A DNA stretch of 64,000 nt. Source: an uncultured candidate division Zixibacteria bacterium. Lineage in GTDB: Bacteria > Zixibacteria > MSB-5A5 > GN15 > FEB-12. A program made the position numbers and the translations under genes. The notes under the pieces are model-generated. The model was not told where the DNA came from. It saw only the letters and a list, made by a program, of their open reading frames with translations, and searched no databases. Location of the stretch: contig OY760907.1 of assembly GCA_963664195.1 (NCBI GenBank), positions 2,816,001-2,880,000 on the forward strand, read 5' to 3'. Of this stretch, positions 19,085 through 29,265 are shown piece by piece (position 1 is the stretch's first letter; each line of letters begins with the position of its first letter).

Positions 19085-20902
19085 ATGACTACCGCAACTA
19101 CGGACGTTGGAGCACGCATAAGTCGTTGTGCCGTATGTAAGATAGATCAGAAGGGGCGATTCGTTTTTGCGGACGAAGAAGCTGAGAGGCTTTTTGGCGC
19201 CGCTCAGGTGGAGTTGTTCGGACGACCGCTCAAAGACTCTCTTGAGCCTGAAGATCATGAAGTAATTGATGAAATTACCGGTGGGTTCAGCCGGTTTGAA
19301 ACCCGTTACGATACAACGCATGTGACGTTTGTCGATCAGTTGGGCAAGCGTGTGCCGGCGAGTATCATAGTCTCGCAGAATTTTATCGCCGGTAATCCGG
19401 TGAACTACCAGATAGTTATCAAACGCGACGTGCTTGACCAGGACAGCGGCAAGTCCGAGGCTGAACTGACCGATGACGGCCAGTTTTTCGAATTCCTTCT
19501 GCAGTTTGACTCCAACAGACAGATGCAGGAACTGGTCGATCGTGTGCAGCAATACACGTCGGCTGAGAAGATCGGTCTTTTCGATCTTGCCAGCGAACCG
19601 CCGGCGTTTGTCGCAGGCGCGGGTATATCGAAGAAGACTCAGGATCAATGGAACGACGGCGGGAAATCGGGCAAGGACAGTCCTTATGAGGCCAGCGCAA
19701 CTCTTGAAATCGGCTCCGAGTCTTATCTCCTCCGCGCCCAATCCGAATCGCCCCGACGGTCCAGGGGAGTGCGTCCCGACCTCTCACGAGTTAATCTGAC
19801 CCTGGCACTCGTACAACGGCTTGTTGGCCCCGGGCACCAGATGTCGGTCAGCGCGATCAAAGGCTCCCCGGTCATCAGTCTTCTCGACAGAATTGGTGTG
19901 GGGGTGGTTTGTTTTGATTCACGTGGCGAGATAACCGAGGCGAATGATTCGGCGCGGTTGTTGTTCGACGAGTACGGCATCGCCAACTCGATTCCTGCGC
20001 TGATCGCCACTCTTGGTGAGAAAAACGAGAGCCCGGTAGGAGACATGATAGCGTCTTATCTGGATACCTGCAATGAGGTCTCTTCTGCTCCGGATTTAAC
20101 CCTGGCACTGAGGATGCCGTCGTCGGAGAATGCGCGGCTGACCGTCATTCGAACGGCGCCCGGCAGCGACGATCTCAGCGGTTATTTCTTCTTCCAGCCC
20201 ATGCCGCTCAGTCACGGGCAAGTGGGCAACCGGCGTGCGGATAACCGATTCCTGGCCCGGGCCGTCGAGCATCTGTGCTCGGCTATCGCCGCCGGTCAGT
20301 CAGTCTGGCAAAGAATCCAGCACGAACATCACAATGAACTGGGGCACAACGGCGCCTTCCATTTGAAGTGCCTCGCCAATCACATGGAGAAGGTTGAATC
20401 GATCCTGACGGAAGTAAACCGGGCAAGCGTCTTAATTTTCCATCCGGAAGAACCGGAGTTGACCGATCTCGGACTGCTGACAGATCAGTTGGTTCGCGAG
20501 ACGCATGCGGCGGCCCCGGGGCAGACCATGTCCGTCAGTCACGACGGTCTTCCGAAGGTGCTGACTCAACGCAAGAAGCTTTCGACAGTCCTGCAGAACA
20601 TATTCGGCGTGGTCCGCAAGTTTGCATCCTCTGATACGGCCCGTGTGGAGATTTCAGCGGAGCTGTCAAACCAGTCTTGCCTTATGGCTTTTGATCTCGA
20701 AGGAACGGGGTTGTCGTCCCAGCAGGTCCGTCGGTTGATGGATTACTCATCCAAAAGCTCCGGCTCAGGCGTAGCCTCGGCCTCGGAGAGAACCAGCAGT
20801 CTGGCCTTCACGCGCGAACTGGTCGAGAGCATGGGGGGGCGTCTGGATTTGTCCACTCGCACTGCTCCCGGAACCATACTAACCCTTGCGATTCCGGTGT
20901 GA
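19085..20902 (+). CDS. Two-PAS sensor histidine-kinase-like protein with degenerate H/N/G boxes
   Basis: PAS-like IDQKGRFVFAD..AERLFG and FDSRGEITEAN; C-terminal LVESMGGRL..PGT HATPase-like end. Confidence 0.65.
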   Translation: MTTATTDVGARISRCAVCKIDQKGRFVFADEEAERLFGAAQVELFGRPLKDSLEPEDHEVIDEITGGFSRFETRYDTTHVTFVDQLGKRVPASIIVSQNFIAGNPVNYQIVIKRDVLDQDSGKSEAELTDDGQFFEFLLQFDSNRQMQELVDRVQQYTSAEKIGLFDLASEPPAFVAGAGISKKTQDQWNDGGKSGKDSPYEASATLEIGSESYLLRAQSESPRRSRGVRPDLSRVNLTLALVQRLVGPGHQMSVSAIKGSPVISLLDRIGVGVVCFDSRGEITEANDSARLLFDEYGIANSIPALIATLGEKNESPVGDMIASYLDTCNEVSSAPDLTLALRMPSSENARLTVIRTAPGSDDLSGYFFFQPMPLSHGQVGNRRADNRFLARAVEHLCSAIAAGQSVWQRIQHEHHNELGHNGAFHLKCLANHMEKVESILTEVNRASVLIFHPEEPELTDLGLLTDQLVRETHAAAPGQTMSVSHDGLPKVLTQRKKLSTVLQNIFGVVRKFASSDTARVEISAELSNQSCLMAFDLEGTGLSSQQVRRLMDYSSKSSGSGVASASERTSSLAFTRELVESMGGRLDLSTRTAPGTILTLAIPV

Positions 20903-20906
20903 CCAC

Positions 20907-21611
20907 ATGGAGCATGTGATGCTGTCAAGATTACGCGTTCTCGTTCTGGAGCCTAACAGGTACCAGGCCCTATTGATTGACAGAGAGATCGCCGAGCATT
21001 TCAACTCCGCCGTCACTTCAACCTTTGCGTCTGAGACCGAGGCTGTCGAGGAACTGCGGCGCGCCCAATACGACGTTATCATCGTCGACAGCTACGCCAG
21101 TGAATCTGATCCCGACGAACTCTACTTCACCATAAGGGAGTCCAGCCCGGAGATTGTGGCGATCATTCTGGGTGGCGACGACGCACCGGGGCGCGTGATC
21201 GAGGCCGCCGAAACGTGGGGAGATTGGTTCCTTGTCCTTGATGAGGGCTTCCATGAGCTTCTCCCGGAGATAATCGAGCAGTTTGCCAGCCGTTGGCAAC
21301 AGAGTCCGCTGCAGGCCGCTCCAGGTGGAATTCTCGATGCCCGTACACGCGCAGATGTTATCAGCCTGACCGTGAGCACGCTCTCTCACGAAGTCAACAA
21401 TCCGCTTATGGCCATTCTTGGAACAACGGAACTTCTTCTGAGCAAGCGGGGATTCGGTGCTGAGACCGAGGAAAAGATTCGAATGATTCAGGAGTCGGCC
21501 CAGAGAATCGAGGCAACTCTGAGCGATCTGGCGCAGGCCGGAAAGACCTCTATCAGGCGCACTGCGGCCGGTCCGATGCTTCGTCGTGAGTCGGATCTGG
21601 TCGGTGTGTAG
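20907..21611 (+). CDS. Receiver domain fused to a HisKA/DHp helix pair, no ATPase domain
   Basis: YDVIIVDS receiver motif; SHEVNNPL H-box; protein ends shortly after the DHp; start codon uncertain. Confidence 0.75.
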   Translation: MEHVMLSRLRVLVLEPNRYQALLIDREIAEHFNSAVTSTFASETEAVEELRRAQYDVIIVDSYASESDPDELYFTIRESSPEIVAIILGGDDAPGRVIEAAETWGDWFLVLDEGFHELLPEIIEQFASRWQQSPLQAAPGGILDARTRADVISLTVSTLSHEVNNPLMAILGTTELLLSKRGFGAETEEKIRMIQESAQRIEATLSDLAQAGKTSIRRTAAGPMLRRESDLVGV

Positions 21612-21698
21612 CATCCGCCGACGTGAGTAGTTCGAGAATTACGTTGACAATTCGATCACAGTCTCTATTTTTCAGCCTTATTTTAGTACGGATGGTTT

Positions 21699-22574
21699 AT
21701 GAATTCTATGACTGGCTTCGGCCGCGCCGAACTGACATGCAAGCCTGGCAGGTTTATTGTCGAGATATCTTCTGTCAATAATCGTTTCCTGGAGATGTCG
21801 GTACGTTTGCCGCGTCCTTTGTCTGCCCTTGAACCGGCAGTGCGGGAAGAGCTTAACTCGGCGGTGAGTCGCGGCAAACTCAGCGTTTTTGTTAACCTTA
21901 CGCCGCCCGATACTGTTGCCGAGAAGGCATACATTAATAAGGCGGCTGCAAAGGCGTACTTGAAACAGCTTCGGGACCTCCAAAAAGAGTTGAAGATAAG
22001 CGGTAATATAGAAGTGCGAGACCTTCTGTTGTTGCCGGAAATCGCTATTCCGGAGAAAGCAGAGCCGGATCTGGAGTTGATCGGCGGTTTCTTGCACAAG
22101 ACGCTCGGCAAGGCGCTGAAGGATTTTCTGGGCATGCGTGCCCGCGAGGGCAAGGCGATGGCCGCAGATATGCGCAAGAGCCTCAAGGAGATGGCCGGGC
22201 TGCTTACGCAAGTTGAAGCCAAGACGGCCGGGGCGGTACAGCATTACAAAAACAAACTGACCAACCGTATTGAGGAACTTCTCGATAAGTCGATGCGCGA
22301 CTCGCTGCGCCTGGAAGAAGAGATTGCGGTATTCGCCGAGCGCACAGATATTAATGAAGAGTGCGTCCGGTTCCACAGCCATATTGAGCAGTTCACCGCC
22401 ACGCTGAGTGAGAAAAACGCGGTGGGCCGGCGCCTGAATTTCCTCCTGCAGGAGATGAATCGCGAAGCCAACACCATAGGATCGAAGAGTGCCGACTTTG
22501 ACATTTCGACCATAGTGATCTCGATCAAGGAAGAGATAGAGAAACTCCGCGAGCAGGTTCAGAACGTCGAATAG
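21699..22574 (+). CDS. yicC: YicC/YloC-family endoribonuclease
   Basis: SMTGFG, SVNNRFLE, GRRLNFLLQEMNREANTIGSK, REQVQNVE. Confidence 0.95.
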   Translation: MNSMTGFGRAELTCKPGRFIVEISSVNNRFLEMSVRLPRPLSALEPAVREELNSAVSRGKLSVFVNLTPPDTVAEKAYINKAAAKAYLKQLRDLQKELKISGNIEVRDLLLLPEIAIPEKAEPDLELIGGFLHKTLGKALKDFLGMRAREGKAMAADMRKSLKEMAGLLTQVEAKTAGAVQHYKNKLTNRIEELLDKSMRDSLRLEEEIAVFAERTDINEECVRFHSHIEQFTATLSEKNAVGRRLNFLLQEMNREANTIGSKSADFDISTIVISIKEEIEKLREQVQNVE

Positions 22575-22590
22575 GAAACCAGAGAGGGAA

Positions 22591-23229
22591 ATGGCTTCAG
22601 ACAACAAGGGTAAGATCGTTATAATCTCGTCACCGTCGGGCGGCGGCAAGACCTCTATTTGTCGCAAATTGCTCTCCCGCAGGCGCAAACAGGAGGGCTG
22701 GCGTTTTTCTGTGTCCTACACGACCCGAAATCCGCGAGTGGGGGAACGTAGCGGACGCGAATACCATTTTGTGGGCAGTGAAGAGTTTGATCGTCTGGCC
22801 GCGAGGGGGGAGTTCGCCGAACATTTTCAGGTTCACTTGTATAAGTACGGTACGCCACGCGGGGCTCTGGAGCAAGTGCTCAGGAGCGGTGGCGTTATGT
22901 TACTTGATGTGGATGTGAAAGGAGCTGCGAAGATTCGGAGGGAGTTTCCGGAGGCGATCTCGATATTCATTCTGCCACCCTCGATTGAGGCATTGAGACA
23001 ACGTTTGACACTCCGGGGCACCGAAACACGGGAACAATTGAACGTCCGGTTTGAGAATGCCGTCGAGGAAATGCAGCGAGGGGTGAAACAAACGAAGTAT
23101 GGTTTCGAATATGTTGTCGTCAACGAGGACCTTGGCAAGGCGGTGCAGCAGGTCCTGGACATCATCGGGGCGCACGATTGCAGGATCGAGAACCTTGATC
23201 AGGAACAATTGAAGAGAATTACCGGTTAG
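22591..23229 (+). CDS. gmk: Guanylate kinase
   Basis: SPSGGGKT, SYTTR.PR.GE..GREYHFV, YGT, IFILPPS. Confidence 0.95.
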   Translation: MASDNKGKIVIISSPSGGGKTSICRKLLSRRRKQEGWRFSVSYTTRNPRVGERSGREYHFVGSEEFDRLAARGEFAEHFQVHLYKYGTPRGALEQVLRSGGVMLLDVDVKGAAKIRREFPEAISIFILPPSIEALRQRLTLRGTETREQLNVRFENAVEEMQRGVKQTKYGFEYVVVNEDLGKAVQQVLDIIGAHDCRIENLDQEQLKRITG

Positions 23230-23256
23230 AACAGGACATATTTGGAGGAGATTCAG

Positions 23257-23487
23257 ATGCCTTACGTGGATATTGATGACCTTGACAAAGTGACGAGAAA
23301 CAAGTACGAAGCGGTTATCGTTGCTGCCCAGCATGCCCGTCACTTGAACCAGGTGCGCCTGGCCAAGTTCCAGCAGATAGATGAAGGGATGCTTGAGGTT
23401 GACATTGAAGCTCGCAAGATGACTGCCGTGGCGCTCAGGGACCTCCTTGAGGGCAGAGTCAAGTTTGAACGCGTCGTTACCGAATAG
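23257..23487 (+). CDS. rpoZ: RNA polymerase omega subunit
   Basis: NKYEAVIVAA..AR..N and K...AL pattern; follows gmk. Confidence 0.85.
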   Translation: MPYVDIDDLDKVTRNKYEAVIVAAQHARHLNQVRLAKFQQIDEGMLEVDIEARKMTAVALRDLLEGRVKFERVVTE

Positions 23488-23520
23488 TACTTACTTCATT
23501 CGCTTGCTCAGGAAGCTTAG

Positions 23521-25806
23521 ATGGCCAAGAACCTTGTTATTGTAGAGTCACCCGCTAAATCACGCACCCTGGCCCGTTTTCTCGGGAAGGATTTCAGTAT
23601 CCTCTCCACTGTGGGCCACATTGTCGATCTGCCCAAGTCGAAACTCGGCGTAGACCCGGAGAACAACTTCGAGCCAGCCTACACGACGATCAAGGGCAAA
23701 GAGAAGGTCATCACCGAGCTGAAGAAAGCCGCCAAGAAAGCGGATACTGTCTATCTCGCTCCTGACCCGGACCGCGAAGGAGAGGCCATTGCCTGGCACG
23801 TCGCCAACAAACTGGCCAAAACCGATGCTGTCCTGAAACGTGTTACCTTCAACGCGATTACCAAATCTGCGGTTACGGCGGCAATCGAAAACCCCAGAGA
23901 TATCGACATTGATCTTGTCAACGCTCAACAGGCGCGACGAGTGCTCGACCGTCTGGTGGGGTATATGGTATCGCCGTTCCTGTGGAAAACGGTTGCCCGC
24001 AATCTTTCAGCCGGACGTGTGCAGTCCGTGGCGCTTCGCCTCGTCTGTGAGCGCGAGCAGGAAATCGCGGATTTCAAATCCGAGGAATACTGGAAGATCA
24101 AGGCCAATCTGACCAACCATGCCGCAGAGCTGTTCTCCGCCAACCTGCACAAGATAGACAACAAGACGGTTGTCAACGCGGGTGAAGCGGGCAAGACCAA
24201 GATTGTCATCGGCTCTGAAAAAGAAGCCAAGGCGATTGAGGCCGAACTCAAAAAAGAGCAGTTCACGGTAGCCGACATTAAGCGCTCCGAACGGATCCGT
24301 CGACCCTCGGCACCGTTCATCACCTCGACGCTTCAGCAGGAAGCGGCCAAAGCATTTGGGCTGTCTCCAAAGCAGACGATGTCCATTGCCCAGAAGCTGT
24401 ATGAAGGAATCGAGCTTGGCAAAGAGGGACCGGTCGGTTTGATCACCTACATGCGTACCGATTCGACTCGTATTGCTCCCGAAGCTCTGAGCGAAGTGCG
24501 CGAGTACATCCACAACGAGTACGGCGACGAGTATCTGCCCGGCAAGCCGAATTTCTACAGCAAGAAGAAGGATTCGCAGGACGCTCACGAAGCGATCAGG
24601 CCTTCCCACATGGACCTCACGCCGGACCGCGTCAAAAAGAATCTCACGCCGCGCGAGTACAGGCTGTATTGTTTAATCTGGAAACGGTTTGTCGCCTCTC
24701 AGATGAACAGTGCGAAGTTCGATACCGAGACGGTTGATATCACGGCCGGCAAATACACTTTCCGTGCGACGGCTCAGAAGCTCAAATTCGACGGTTTCCT
24801 CAAGGTCTATCGTGAGGAGAAAGAGCCGGACGAAAACGGCGCCGACAAGGGTGTCGAGACACTGCCGGATCTGGAAGCGAACGAAGAGGTCAAGCTGAAG
24901 AAGCTCGAGCCGACGCAATCCTTCACCAAACCGCCCGCGCGATATTCTGAAGCGATGCTGGTCAAGCGGTTGGAAGCGGACGGAATCGGACGGCCGTCGA
25001 CCTACGCGACAATCATTTCGACGCTCAAAGACCGCAAGTACGTCGAGCTGCTTGAGAAGAAACTCCACCCGACCGATCTCGGCCAGACCGTCAACAAGAT
25101 TTTGGTCGAGCATTTTCCGAACCTGTTCAACGTGACCTTCACGGCCAACATGGAAAAGGAACTTGACCTCGTTGAAGAGGGCAAGGATGACTGGGTGAAA
25201 GTCATCGGCGAGTTCTACGGTCCTTTCCTCGAGACGATTAACGGTCTCAAGGGGAAGGAAAAAGAAATCAAAGACGCGATGACCGAAAAGACGGACATCA
25301 AGTGCGAGAAGTGCGGCGAGCCGATGGTCATCAAATGGGGGAGGAACGGTCGCTTCCTCGCCTGCTCTGCCTGGCCGGATTGCAAGTCGACGCGACCGCT
25401 GCCGGAGGAAGAAGCTAAGAACAAGACCGATGAAAAGTGCGAGAAGTGCGGCTCTGATATGATTATCAAGAGCGGCCGATTCGGACGTTTCATGGCCTGC
25501 TCGGCGTATCCCGACTGCAAAAACACGAAGCCGATTACGACCGGCATCACCTGCCCGAAAGAGGGATGCAACGGGAAGATTCTCGAAAAGACGACGAAAC
25601 GCAAACGGACGTTCTACGGCTGCACGAATTATCCCAAGTGTGATTTCGCAAGTTGGGACAAACCGGTGAACAAAGCCTGCCCGGCGTGTAAGCATCCTTA
25701 CATGTTGCAGAAGGTGTCGAAAGTGAAGGGTGAGTTCCTTCGCTGTCCGGAGTGCAAAAACGACGTCTTCGAGGAGAAGAAGAAAGAAGAGGCCGCGAAG
25801 GCGTAA
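23521..25806 (+). CDS. topA: DNA topoisomerase I with C-terminal zinc ribbons
   Basis: VESPAK, DPDREGE, SAGRVQS, ITYMRTDS, GIGRPSTY, CxxC repeats. Confidence 0.97.
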   Translation: MAKNLVIVESPAKSRTLARFLGKDFSILSTVGHIVDLPKSKLGVDPENNFEPAYTTIKGKEKVITELKKAAKKADTVYLAPDPDREGEAIAWHVANKLAKTDAVLKRVTFNAITKSAVTAAIENPRDIDIDLVNAQQARRVLDRLVGYMVSPFLWKTVARNLSAGRVQSVALRLVCEREQEIADFKSEEYWKIKANLTNHAAELFSANLHKIDNKTVVNAGEAGKTKIVIGSEKEAKAIEAELKKEQFTVADIKRSERIRRPSAPFITSTLQQEAAKAFGLSPKQTMSIAQKLYEGIELGKEGPVGLITYMRTDSTRIAPEALSEVREYIHNEYGDEYLPGKPNFYSKKKDSQDAHEAIRPSHMDLTPDRVKKNLTPREYRLYCLIWKRFVASQMNSAKFDTETVDITAGKYTFRATAQKLKFDGFLKVYREEKEPDENGADKGVETLPDLEANEEVKLKKLEPTQSFTKPPARYSEAMLVKRLEADGIGRPSTYATIISTLKDRKYVELLEKKLHPTDLGQTVNKILVEHFPNLFNVTFTANMEKELDLVEEGKDDWVKVIGEFYGPFLETINGLKGKEKEIKDAMTEKTDIKCEKCGEPMVIKWGRNGRFLACSAWPDCKSTRPLPEEEAKNKTDEKCEKCGSDMIIKSGRFGRFMACSAYPDCKNTKPITTGITCPKEGCNGKILEKTTKRKRTFYGCTNYPKCDFASWDKPVNKACPACKHPYMLQKVSKVKGEFLRCPECKNDVFEEKKKEEAAKA

Positions 25807-25833
25807 CGCCGAAGACGCACAGTATAGACAGAG

Positions 25834-25866
25834 AGCCGGTGCCCTGAGAGGGTGCCGGCTTTTTTT
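25834..25866 (+). terminator. Intrinsic terminator after topA
   Basis: AGCCGGTGCCCT/AGGGTGCCGGCT stem followed by a T tract. Confidence 0.8.
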
Positions 25867-25906
25867 GTGTGGGGGATCACATTCATCTCCTTGCGCGTCT
25901 TTGTTC

Positions 25907-25935
25907 TTGATCTTATAGACACATGGGTTTATATT
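25907..25935 (+). promoter_or_regulatory. Putative sigma70 promoter for the KAP NTPase
   Basis: TTGATC-N17-TATATT, then a GAGGGG RBS before ATG 25990. Confidence 0.45.
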
Positions 25936-25989
25936 CTTTATGTAGTCCGTATCCTGCGGCAGTCGTTACACCGTACAACGGAGGGGAAT

Positions 25990-28215
25990 ATGTCTGACAA
26001 TCGCGACGAGCATCAGTTTTCTGCAGACAGACCCATTCAGTCAAGAACGCAGGATATTCTTGGTAGAGTGCGCTTCGCCGAGTCGGTCGGGAAGGCGATT
26101 GGAAACTGGCACGGACGTGACAGCCTTGTAGTAGGTTTGCACGGCCCTTGGGGGTGCGGCAAGTCATCGGTTGTGAACATGGTGGTGGATAGCTTGCCCG
26201 ACGGCAACCGAGAGTGCCCGTACATCGTTCGGTTCAACCCTTGGCAGGTGTCGGGACAAGATACACTGACGTCATTTCTCTTCGCCGAGATAGCCGGTGT
26301 CCTGAGACTGGATCCAGGCGACGAGAGACGTCGGCTCTCGGATTTGATCCTGAAGTATGGTCGTGTCTTTTCGCTACTGGCGCCTGCTGCCGGGATAGTC
26401 GCTGCGGCAGCGGGAATGGATCCGGCATCCAGCGCCGCGATTGCCGGGGGAACAACGGCGGCAGGTCAAGTCATTCAGGCTACGGGAGAAGCCGTTGCCG
26501 ACTCCGAGGAGTCCGAGCCGACGTTGAGTGCTTTGAAGAACGAACTCGGTAAGAGCCTCGCCGACTTGGACAAGCCCATTCTGATAGTCATTGATGACAT
26601 TGACAGGCTTCAGGCAGACGAGATGCAACTCATCTTCAGACTCGTCAAGAGTAACCTCGATTTCCCCAATCTAGTGTTTCTGCTGGTGTTTCAGCGAGAT
26701 GTTGTGGAAGCGTCGTTGACAGGGGACGCCCTAAACGGAGTCGAGTATCTCAAGAAAATTGTTCAGGTGGCATTTGATGTACCTGAGCCGCCCAGAGCAA
26801 CCATAGAGAGGATGCTGTTTGACCGTATCGATGATCTGCGCAACTCATTGGGCGTAACAGACGATAGGTTTGACACATCAGAGTGGCTTCGAGCATGGAA
26901 CAATGGATTGAGTCTCTTCTTCGACAACCTTCGAGATGTCTACCGATACATAAACTCAATCGGTTTCAGCGTTGGTCAACTCTGTGCGGGCGGTCACATT
27001 GAAGTGAACCTCGTAGACATGTTGATTCTTGAGGCGTTGCGCGTCTTTGAGCACGAGGTATTCAGACTCTTGTCGTCTTCGAAGTGGGTTCTCTCCGTGA
27101 GGGACAACTCTGGCGGCCATGGGATTGAAGAGGCCCAAGGACGCCTAGAGGAAATCGCTGGCGCTGGCTCGAAGTTAGATCGCTACGCGATATCCCAACT
27201 ATTGTCAATACTGTTGCCGCAAGTCGAGTGGGCTTTTCGTGAGGGCTCCATGAGCAAGGTCTTCAATTCGGAGTGGCTGAATGATCTTCGAATTGCACAT
27301 CCCACAAACTTCGATCGCTACTTCACGCTGACAGTGCCGGATGACGATGTGTCCCAAGCAGAGCTTAAGTCCCTACTCACTACCGTTGGAGAGACGGAGG
27401 AGTTCAAGGATGCAATCGCCGGTCTGAATAGTCGAGGGCTACTAGGTGTTACGCTTGATCGGCTGGCGATAGAACAGAGCCCGTGGAGCAATGAGGAGAC
27501 CTCGCAACTGTGCACGTGTCTCATTGAGGCTGGCGACCACACTGGAGCGAATGACGGGGAGGAATTCGGTGCCTTTTCCATGGTTTGGGCCCTACGGTTC
27601 TCGTCCATCGTCGACAGTCTCGTTAGGAAGATAGATGAGACCCGCGAACGCACAGGAATACTGAATCAGGCCTTCAGTGGTTCTTCCGGTCTCTTCGTTC
27701 CTTTAGTTGTGATCAACAGAGAGTGGCTCCGACGGAATGACCCAGCAGGTAGAGGGGAACCAATGATGGCCGAAGATGATCTTACAATCTTGCAGAATGT
27801 CTGCGTGGGAAGAATCGTAGCTGCCGCCGGAACCGGGTATCTGTGCAAAGTTGACTTCCTCGACTTCGTGTTGGGGCGCTGGGCCGAGTGGGGGAGTAAG
27901 GACGATGTTGACAAGTGGGTGAAGGCTGCAATCGACCGAGAGGAATGCCTCAAGGCTCTGCTTGTAGGTTTTCTTCAGGACGGGGTCGTGTCTACGGGAA
28001 CCAAACAGTGGACACAGTACAGCACGAAGCTGGAGCGGATCGAGGAATACACGCCAATAGAGCCTGTGCAGGAACAAGTTGCAGCACTCCGCCTGAGCGA
28101 CGAAGAACGCGACGGCGTTGTCGGCATCGCCAAGCGAACATTCGAGGAGGCTATACGGCGGAGGACCGATGGTGATACGTATGCGAAGTGGAGCGAATCT
28201 GGCGATACGGATTAG
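25990..28215 (+). CDS. KAP-family P-loop NTPase
   Basis: ADRPI...D.LGR, Walker A GPWGCGKSS, FNPW, Walker B IVIDDIDRL, YLKKIVQVAFDVP, NLRDVYR. Confidence 0.88.
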   Translation: MSDNRDEHQFSADRPIQSRTQDILGRVRFAESVGKAIGNWHGRDSLVVGLHGPWGCGKSSVVNMVVDSLPDGNRECPYIVRFNPWQVSGQDTLTSFLFAEIAGVLRLDPGDERRRLSDLILKYGRVFSLLAPAAGIVAAAAGMDPASSAAIAGGTTAAGQVIQATGEAVADSEESEPTLSALKNELGKSLADLDKPILIVIDDIDRLQADEMQLIFRLVKSNLDFPNLVFLLVFQRDVVEASLTGDALNGVEYLKKIVQVAFDVPEPPRATIERMLFDRIDDLRNSLGVTDDRFDTSEWLRAWNNGLSLFFDNLRDVYRYINSIGFSVGQLCAGGHIEVNLVDMLILEALRVFEHEVFRLLSSSKWVLSVRDNSGGHGIEEAQGRLEEIAGAGSKLDRYAISQLLSILLPQVEWAFREGSMSKVFNSEWLNDLRIAHPTNFDRYFTLTVPDDDVSQAELKSLLTTVGETEEFKDAIAGLNSRGLLGVTLDRLAIEQSPWSNEETSQLCTCLIEAGDHTGANDGEEFGAFSMVWALRFSSIVDSLVRKIDETRERTGILNQAFSGSSGLFVPLVVINREWLRRNDPAGRGEPMMAEDDLTILQNVCVGRIVAAAGTGYLCKVDFLDFVLGRWAEWGSKDDVDKWVKAAIDREECLKALLVGFLQDGVVSTGTKQWTQYSTKLERIEEYTPIEPVQEQVAALRLSDEERDGVVGIAKRTFEEAIRRRTDGDTYAKWSESGDTD

Positions 28216-28234
28216 TCAGCGGCGATGCATTCTT

Positions 28235-28260
28235 TCGGGCCTCAAGTAGGCCCGACCTAC
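28235..28260 (-). repeat. GTAG-type REP-like hairpin
   Basis: Reverse strand reads GTAGGTCGGGCCT-ACTTG-AGGCCCGA. Confidence 0.65.
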
Positions 28261-28335
28261 AATTGGGAGTTGCGGGACTGACTAGCCCCCGCCCAAAACC
28301 GTTGCTCCCGGCGTTGAATTTCGATATCATCCGGC

Positions 28336-29254
28336 ATGTTACAAAAGGCCCTGGATGACTACCTCAAATCGCTGAGCGATACGCAAAATCGCTCCCCCAA
28401 AACGGTCGACGCGTACCGTCGCGACCTCAGACCGTGGGTCGCCTTCCTTGAGAAGCAGTACCAGGCCCTCCCCAGCGCCGAACGCAACGATCCCCTGTTC
28501 ATGCGGCTCTATCTCGCCAAACGGGTCGAGGATGGAGTCTCCAATCGCACTCTCGCGCGGTTGGGCATCCGCCGTCAAAGGTTTCCAAAGGCATCTGGAG
28601 ACTCTCCCCGGCGGCAAAGCGTATCAGTTCAAAGTCCCAAAAATCAAGTTCAGTCAGAAACTGCCGGAGTTTGTCCCGCAGACCGAAGCCGCCCGGCTGT
28701 TCGAACACGGCAACGCCCGCGACGACAAAAAGAGCTATTTCTACTGGCGGGATTACATGATGATAGCGCTGCTCTACGTGACCGGGCTTCGTCGCGAAGA
28801 ACTGTCCAATATCGAGCTTGCCGATATCGATCGCTCGCGCGGGTTGATCCGGGTGATCGGTAAGGGCAACAAGGAGAGAGTCGTCCCCATCGGCGACAAC
28901 ACGCGAGATGATTTGAAGACGTATCTCGACAAGCGGGACCGTTTTCTGACTTCCAAGGATTTCGATCCGACTCCGGCGCTCTTTCTGTCGTATAAGGGCA
29001 CAAAGCTGACGGTGCGTTCGATCAATCGTCTCGTGAAGAAGTTCGGTCAGGCCGAGGGGATGGAATTCACTCCGCACACGCTCCGGCACTCTTTCGCCAC
29101 GCACTTGTTAGAGAATGGGGCGGACTTGATGTTGATAAAGGAAATCCTCGGGCACGCGTCGTTGTCGACCACGCAGAGATATACGCACGTGACCGCCGAG
29201 GCAATGAAAAAGGCTTACATGAGCGCGCACCCGCGTTCCGGTTTTAAGAAGTAA
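28336..29254 (+). pseudogene. xerC: Tyrosine recombinase XerC with a +1 frameshift near 28563-28565 (pseudogene or sequence error)
   Basis: SPKTVDAYRRDL N-domain in one frame; TGLRREEL, GKGNKER, HTLRHSFATHLL, LGH..LSTTQRY in another; lies directly upstream of hslVU. Confidence 0.8.
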
Positions 29255-29265
29255 ATGAGGCTTAG

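Noticed and set aside
21678..22688. Long antisense ORFs (e.g. 21678-22688, 24673-25695, 30240-31025, 5408-6241)
   Set aside because: They are shadows of well-supported + strand genes in GC-rich DNA, with no recognisable motifs
25990..29254. xerC as the integrase of an island carrying the KAP NTPase
   Set aside because: It sits in the housekeeping xerC-hslV-hslU context, and no att-like direct repeats or tRNA were seen
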